Part shown: positions 59,152-64,000 of the stretch, piece after piece | Numbering within the stretch: the stretch's first letter is position 1 | How the letters are laid out: each line of letters begins with the position of its first letter | DNA from: Candidatus Latescibacterota bacterium | GTDB lineage: Bacteria > Latescibacterota > UBA2968 > UBA8231 | DNA: 64,000 bases | Direction: 5' to 3' | Assembly (NCBI GenBank): GCA_965242865.1 | Contig: CBDETK010000013.1 | Location: 1,152,001-1,216,000 of the forward strand | Notes under the pieces: model-generated | Told to the model about the DNA's origin: nothing | Seen by the model: the letters and a program-made list of their open reading frames with translations, nothing else | Databases searched by the model: none | Made by a program: the position numbers and the translations under genes

Positions 59152-59919
59152 TTAGTGTTTGACAATCTCAACAAAGACCCCGAGTGTTTTCTCATTGTCA
59201 TCTCGTATCTTTTCTGGGTCTCTTATTGTCCCCAAATCATAGATGACAAATAGAACACGAGGCCACCTTTGCCGATAACCATGAATATCGGCACTTATTT
59301 CTTCTTGGATTTTCGGGGCTCCGTGCCCACCTTTTGCGAGCTTCACTTCAATCGCCATCCCTTCGCCCTCAACAACAAAATCGGGCTTAAAGGCTTTTTC
59401 GCCTACTGGACTAGTCTCTTTTTCTCTTGTATAAGAGACTCCTATGGTTGTCAATATGGCCTCAACAGCATCTTGAACTTTTTTCTCTTCACTGGGCTCA
59501 TTTTCAATAAAATGGGTTCGTAATGCTCGCTTTATGGCCGCCCTAATCTCCATGCCCTCCATGGGATTAGAAAAGTCCATGCTAGGGTCTTGCTGGATTA
59601 GTTGATAGAAACCGATGGCCCTATCTACGCAATCTATCACAGCTTTGGCTATTGCGGTGCTGGCGATGCCCTGAAAAAGATTGTCAAAGGGATCATAGTT
59701 CCCTGCGTAAACTTGACCTTCAAGGTGACAAAGAGGTATCTCCACACCGGCTCTATTGACAGCTTCTTTTGTAGGAACCAGCAACCTGTTGACCCGACGC
59801 CGAAGCCTCTCCTCGTTACTTGGGTCCCCTCCCTTAATAAGGAGTTCTTCTAAATTTCTCAGAAAATCCTCAAGAAGATCAATGCGCTTACCTATGTCTT
59901 CTTTTGTTAATTTGTTCAC
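59152..59919 (-). CDS. Hypothetical protein with a C-terminal PD-(D/E)XK (REase DpnII/MboI-like) nuclease domain
   Basis: E..VQDAVEAIL, FKPDFVV...IEVK, ADIHGY and LFVIYD. GAAAGGAG RBS before GTG 59919. Confidence 0.78.
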   Translation of the reverse strand: MNKLTKEDIGKRIDLLEDFLRNLEELLIKGGDPSNEERLRRRVNRLLVPTKEAVNRAGVEIPLCHLEGQVYAGNYDPFDNLFQGIASTAIAKAVIDCVDRAIGFYQLIQQDPSMDFSNPMEGMEIRAAIKRALRTHFIENEPSEEKKVQDAVEAILTTIGVSYTREKETSPVGEKAFKPDFVVEGEGMAIEVKLAKGGHGAPKIQEEISADIHGYRQRWPRVLFVIYDLGTIRDPEKIRDDNEKTLGVFVEIVKH

Positions 59920-59940
59920 CGTCTTTCTCCTTTCTAGTTG

Positions 59941-60010
59941 ATAATTCCCCCGCGGCACAAAGCCGGCCAAGTTGCCAGCAGTGCGCCGCGGGGGATGAGG
60001 GATCTTTTTA
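59941..60010 (-). repeat. Intergenic hairpin element E1
   Basis: Minus strand: TAAAAAGATCCCTCATCCCCCGCGGCGCACTGCTGGCAACTTGGCCGGCTTTGTGCCGCGGGGGA. Confidence 0.85.
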
Positions 60011-60337
60011 CTCCTTGTCCTCGACGAAAAGCAGAAAGCTCACATGTACAGCACCTATGCAATCCAACGTACCTAGGGTGTTGCGTCCACTAGGTATTCC
60101 GCTTAATGTGCCAGTGATATGCACCTTCGTCCTCGCCGATAGACGCCGTATTGTCCGAGCCGGAATTTTGCTGCCTAGCAAAATGGAAATCTCGGACGGA
60201 TCTAACTTATCCGAATCCGAAGATTTCCATTTTATTGTACCAGCAAAAAGATCACCTGAGCCATCGGAGTCTACTTTGATCTTTTTGAGAGCGTCGCCGA
60301 TGACGTCGTTGATTACCGCCAGACTGAGTGTCTCCAT
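60008..60337 (-). CDS. Hypothetical protein (109 aa)
   Basis: The ORF fills the space between E2 and E1, with AGGA before ATG 60337. No recognised family. Confidence 0.55.
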   Translation of the reverse strand: METLSLAVINDVIGDALKKIKVDSDGSGDLFAGTIKWKSSDSDKLDPSEISILLGSKIPARTIRRLSARTKVHITGTLSGIPSGRNTLGTLDCIGAVHVSFLLFVEDKE

Positions 60338-60358
60338 CTTGATCCTACTTGAGTAAGC

Positions 60359-60422
60359 GTCCCCCGGCACGAAGCCAGCCAAGTTGCTAGTACCGCACCG
60401 CGAGGGAATGAGTGAGCTTTTA
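60359..60422 (-). repeat. Intergenic hairpin element E2
   Basis: Minus strand: TAAAAGCTCACTCATTCCCTCGCGGTGCGGTACTAGCAACTTGGCTGGCTTCGTGCCGGGGGA, homologous to E1. Confidence 0.85.
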
Positions 60423-60857
60423 GTCCCCTTCTTTGACAGTTACCTTAACTGTCTTAGGTAGCGACGGCTCAAACACCGTAGGGTCTGCGGGATAAGCAGT
60501 TACAGAGAAAGAAATATCTCTCGAACTTCCCATCTCTATCGGAATGGTTACCCGAAGGTACGTTGAGGATGTTATATCTATAACATGTGCGTCCTCTGCG
60601 ACCAGCGAATACTCTTTTGCATAGGGAACTGGAGACCAATTAAAGCGAAATAATACATATAAAATTTCACCTTCTCGCCTAGGTTCCGTTCCACATGACC
60701 CCAAAAAGGCGACATCCGCGGGCGAACATATCTCTTTACGCGGTATCTCATATTCCACGCTAAGCCGTTGTGGGGTGTCTATTCTTCTCTTCTCAGTTTT
60801 CGTCGGACTAGAGCAAGCAGCAAGAGCAAGCAGCAAGAGCAAGCTCGTGATCTTCAT
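60420..60857 (-). CDS. Lipoprotein, possible Fn3-like beta-sandwich
   Basis: MKITSLLLLLALAAC lipobox and FNWSPVPYAKEYSL...FSVTAY. GAAAGGAG RBS. Confidence 0.75.
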   Translation of the reverse strand: MKITSLLLLLALAACSSPTKTEKRRIDTPQRLSVEYEIPRKEICSPADVAFLGSCGTEPRREGEILYVLFRFNWSPVPYAKEYSLVAEDAHVIDITSSTYLRVTIPIEMGSSRDISFSVTAYPADPTVFEPSLPKTVKVTVKEGD

Positions 60858-60887
60858 GGGGTTCTCCTTTCTGGGATAGTAAAGTGA

Positions 60888-60926
60888 ATTTCGCGGCACC
60901 CAAGCGACACCGCGAGGTTGGGATTA
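60888..60926 (-). repeat. Short variant hairpin element E3
   Basis: Minus strand: TAATCCCAACCTCGCGGTGTCGCTTGGGTGCCGCGAAA. It shares CCTCGCGGTG, CTTGG and GTGCCGCG with E1/E2. Confidence 0.6.
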
Positions 60927-61103
60927 CTGCTGTTTCCGCAGCTCAACCGTGCATTCGACGCTACACGTCAACACGCCGTCCATGGACGCCTTCCGCACGT
61001 TCGGGATGTTCTCGTCGCAAATCACGTAGCGCAGAGGCTGCTAGAACGGCCGCCGAATCCTGAGATCAATATCGCCTTCTTGCCGCCCGCCTTTGTTGAT
61101 CAT
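60924..61103 (-). pseudogene. Small degenerate ORF (60 codons with an internal TAG)
   Basis: AGAAAGGA RBS, then MINKGGRQEGDIDLRIRRPF*QPLRYVICDENIPNVRKASMDGVLTCSVECTVELRKQQ*. The final TAA abuts E3. Confidence 0.4.
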
Positions 61104-61139
61104 AGAGCGTATCCTTTCTGTGGGCATCTTGCCCTCGCC

Positions 61140-61219
61140 GAGGGCTGGACGCCCTCGATCCCGGATGCAGCGAGAACACCAGAAAAGGCATACTCAAAGC
61201 AAGTGTCGCGTACTTAGGT
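61140..61219. repeat. Dispersed REP/MITE-like element, copy C
   Basis: GAGGGCTGGACGCCCTCGATCCCGGATGC...AAAGCAAGTGTCGCGTACTTAGGT, homologous to 2060-2112. Confidence 0.75.
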
Positions 61220-61230
61220 AGAGTCCCTTC

Positions 61231-61728
61231 TCAGCCGAGAAAAGCATTCGGTTCACTGTCCGGCTCTCGCGCCTTGATCCTTTGATCCTTTGTCCAGATG
61301 TGTACTCGCCATGTTGGGCCTTTATACCTCGTCTTGCGGAGATGGTTAGCCTCGTCGATGAGAATGGTGTCAACAAGGCTGATTCCTTTTTCAGGGGAGT
61401 ATCGAACAAAACCCTCTAGGAGTCCCTTTACTGCGTCCTCGTTAATTGCTGGCAATAGACTCCAAGGTTGGCCTTCGCGGATGCTAGTGAACACGACATC
61501 CCTGAGATCCACCGATAGCTTCCTGCGTGATCTACTCTCTGGTATATCGGCGATGTGGCCTGCCAGTTCAAAGATAGTCGGCAGGCTAACGTACAGTCTC
61601 GCCTTAGCCTCTACCGCTACGGCAAAACGTCTTTTTACCTCGGAGATTGCTTCCTCTGTGGAATAGCGGGGCACGGCAAAAAGCTCGCAGAGATAACTCG
61701 TATCGATCACGTAAACAGGAATGGCCAT
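61231..61728 (-). CDS. PIN-like domain protein
   Basis: VIDTSYL, IFELAGH, SLVD and IWTKDQRIK. TAATG coupling to the upstream ATPase. Confidence 0.75.
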   Translation of the reverse strand: MAIPVYVIDTSYLCELFAVPRYSTEEAISEVKRRFAVAVEAKARLYVSLPTIFELAGHIADIPESRSRRKLSVDLRDVVFTSIREGQPWSLLPAINEDAVKGLLEGFVRYSPEKGISLVDTILIDEANHLRKTRYKGPTWRVHIWTKDQRIKAREPDSEPNAFLG

Positions 61729-62954
61729 TACGACAAGCTCTCCAGCCAAGCCAGCACCTTTTTCTGACGCTGCTCCTCAAATTCTGGAGCCAGATACTGA
61801 TCGATAACTCGGCGCGTCACGAGATCGCCAAGACGACCGCGCTCTAGGAACTCATCGTATCGGGGCAGTTCGTCGAGCCGAACTAGGGTGGCACTCTTAT
61901 TCTCGGCGTCCCAAGTGCATACGACCACTCCGTCTAGCTGTTCTCGCGTGAGGAAGTTCATAGTGGCTGGATTGTGCGTGGTTACTAAAACCTGCAAACG
62001 ACGATTCTTGGCGATTTCGGCAATCGCCTTAGTGAGTACCCCAACTCGACTGGGATGCAGTCCGTTATCAAATTCCTCAATGACGATACGAGAGCCTTTG
62101 GCGACCGTCTCAAACGCGGTGAGAATCGCCAGCGTTCGCAGAGTTCCATCGGACAGAACACGCGCATCAACCTTGTATCCCGAACGCTCCTGAAAGCCGA
62201 AAATCACGTCTCCCAAATCCGTTAGCGTGAAGTCGAAATTCTGGTATGGCTCGTCAGGCAACTGACGAATTTTCTCGAGGAGTCGCTGTAAAATCGCCTG
62301 CTGCTCGTCATCTCCCGTGCTGAGTCCATACAAAACGGCTGACAGATTGGACCCATTCCTCTTCAGAATGGTGTCGCCAACGCGCTCATAACTGTGCATT
62401 AGCTTGGGATCGGGATCAAAGACAAAAGACGCTTGTAGGTGCAACATGACGGTCTGTACGGCCTGAAGCCAGCTTTTGTGCGATGGATTATCCGAGGCGG
62501 CGAATTCTCGGTATTGCGACAGCATCGATCGAACCGTCAGATCGGGGGATATAGAATATAGCTGTTTAGGTTGGGTCTCATATAGCGTCCGGGCTCCAAC
62601 CTTGAGTTTCTCACCGATAATCTGCGGATGCGGTCGTGTACAGATTTCAACTTCGTACAGAAGCGAGTGTGACCGGCCTTCTAACTTTATACTTGCTGAA
62701 AAACCCAGTTGGAACCGATCTTTCCCCTCCCGGGCACAAGCCTGTAATCCGCCCCGTACTTCGAGGCCACCACTTCCCCTCCCAAGGTCGCTGATCTCGT
62801 AGAGCGGCTGACCGCGGGCGACGAAGGACAGCAGGTCGATGGCCTCAATGACATTGCTCTTTCCCGATCCGTTGGGGCCGATCAGCAGACTGAATGGTCT
62901 GAACAGATCAATGCGGGCGTCGGCGAATCCCTTGTAATTCCTTAGATGATGCAT
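61728..62954 (-). CDS. AAA_21/ABC-type ATPase (RecF/AbiEii-like)
   Basis: GPNGSGKSN, LSDGTLR, IEEFDNGLHP and VTTHNP. Confidence 0.9.
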   Translation of the reverse strand: MHHLRNYKGFADARIDLFRPFSLLIGPNGSGKSNVIEAIDLLSFVARGQPLYEISDLGRGSGGLEVRGGLQACAREGKDRFQLGFSASIKLEGRSHSLLYEVEICTRPHPQIIGEKLKVGARTLYETQPKQLYSISPDLTVRSMLSQYREFAASDNPSHKSWLQAVQTVMLHLQASFVFDPDPKLMHSYERVGDTILKRNGSNLSAVLYGLSTGDDEQQAILQRLLEKIRQLPDEPYQNFDFTLTDLGDVIFGFQERSGYKVDARVLSDGTLRTLAILTAFETVAKGSRIVIEEFDNGLHPSRVGVLTKAIAEIAKNRRLQVLVTTHNPATMNFLTREQLDGVVVCTWDAENKSATLVRLDELPRYDEFLERGRLGDLVTRRVIDQYLAPEFEEQRQKKVLAWLESLS

Positions 62955-63011
62955 GTAGTCGATCCTCTGAAATGTGCTTTTCTCCGCAACGGATCTTCCT
63001 GCGGTGCGGCC

Positions 63012-63620
63012 CTACCCGATTCCAAGCATCTTTGCGACGAATTGGGTTCGCGCATAGAAAGCTCGACTCGTGCTGCCGTGCCCGGCTCCCTTGGTTCGCG
63101 GCTGAACCAGCACCCCCATTCTGCCGGTTAGATGTTCAAACCCCTTGGTTGCAATGCAGCTTCTCACTTCTTCATAATCTTCCTTTACTTGCTCGTAATA
63201 CGCCGCGTTATTGAGATCAAAGGCCGATACGTGCATCAAAATAGATCGGTTCTCGTCTTGAGACTCGAATAATCTGGCGCAAATCACTGCTCTTTTCAGT
63301 TTTGTAAGCAAGTGGCTTTGTTCAAAGGGGGTACTTTTGACATTGACCGGATCGATCATTGTAATAGCCATCGTCTCCTTAACCCTGATGCGACCATCAG
63401 CAAGCCTTTTCAATGGGACAATTTTTAGTTCCCACGATCCGAAGTTAGGTGACTGCGCCGAATTGATGGGAAGCCCCAAGTACCTTTCAAGCAGATGACC
63501 GGCCCATCCTTTGTTCTTCTTATCCCCTATCCAAATGTTCACTTCATATTGAGCGGCGAGTGGAACCAAATCCCGTCCCTCTAGCAATTTCAGCTTGCTG
63601 ATTGCAGTTTCCCGTTCCAT
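63012..63620 (-). CDS. MutH/Sau3AI-family endonuclease
   Basis: NKGWAGHLLERYLG, PNF..WELK, KETMAIT, L.PRTKG and RAFYAR..F. Confidence 0.85.
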   Translation of the reverse strand: MERETAISKLKLLEGRDLVPLAAQYEVNIWIGDKKNKGWAGHLLERYLGLPINSAQSPNFGSWELKIVPLKRLADGRIRVKETMAITMIDPVNVKSTPFEQSHLLTKLKRAVICARLFESQDENRSILMHVSAFDLNNAAYYEQVKEDYEEVRSCIATKGFEHLTGRMGVLVQPRTKGAGHGSTSRAFYARTQFVAKMLGIG

Positions 63621-63631
63621 TGAGTATCTCC

Positions 63632-64000
63632 TCACGCAAAATCTAAGGACGAGTGCCGGTTATTTATCGAGTCCCTCAAGCGTTCTACGGACAGAGCGAT
63701 AAACTCCGGTTCGAGTTCGGTCCCCACGAATCTCCGTCCGAGATTCACGGCAGCTACGCCCGTGGTTGAACTGCCAGAAAAAGGATCGAAGATCAAGTCG
63801 CCCGCGTTTGTCGATGCCATGATGATCCGCTCTAGGAGCGCGATAGGCTTTTGGGTGGGGTGTTTGCCAAATTTCTTTTCTTTTTTGTTAGGAGGCTTAA
63901 ACGACCATACCGATTTCATCTGTTTGCCGTGGTTCAATTCCCGCATCTTGGCATAATTAAAACAGTGCTTTGACTTTTCGTTTTTAGCGGCCCAGATAAT
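63632..64000 (-). CDS. N4/N6 DNA methyltransferase (DpnA/MboIB-like beta class), 5' end outside the window
   Basis: FNY..M...N.GKQMKSVW, HPTQKP..LLERII and DPFSGSSTTG. Confidence 0.9.
   Translation of the reverse strand: MIWAAKNEKSKHCFNYAKMRELNHGKQMKSVWSFKPPNKKEKKFGKHPTQKPIALLERIIMASTNAGDLIFDPFSGSSTTGVAAVNLGRRFVGTELEPEFIALSVERLRDSINNRHSSLDFA

Noticed and set aside
59941-60926. Canonical integron attC sites
   Set aside because: No RYYYAAC/GTTRRRY boxes at the ends and no IntI in the window. Reported instead as a non-canonical element.
61041-61043. Pyrrolysine or amber readthrough in the small ORF
   Set aside because: There is no pyl machinery in the window and TAG ends many normal genes here.

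Overview
A GC-rich bacterial window with about 60 genes and no rRNA, tRNA or CRISPR array that I can recognise. The gene content includes several Gfo/Idh/MocA oxidoreductases, three PhyH-type dioxygenases, enolase-family dehydratases, a sugar ABC transporter, an LRR+YWTD lipoprotein and a secreted protein ending in TTWGRLK. This suggests, by inference only, a Latescibacterota/Poribacteria-like, possibly sponge-associated, heterotroph. Catabolic genes are interspersed with lower-GC accessory blocks: (1) a Schlafen/AlbA_2 gene; (2) an AT-rich two-gene insert at the point where the sugar-binding protein is truncated; (3) a decaying defence island at 29.1-38 kb. That island holds an intact GHKL-ATPase/STAS/PIN trio coupled to a DUF1156 methylase, which is split at DPPY by an IS982-like element and fused to MNT-HEPN, and it is preceded by a 180-bp collapsed mosaic copy of the 30.7-39.8 kb region. 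(4) A right-end island at 58.6-64 kb contains a cassette-like array of unrelated small genes separated by a conserved hairpin element, an AAA-ATPase/PIN pair and a MutH/Sau3AI-type R-M pair. The best candidates for undescribed systems are the GHKL-STAS-PIN module and the hairpin-delimited cassette array. All family assignments come from motif recognition by eye; no database searches were run.
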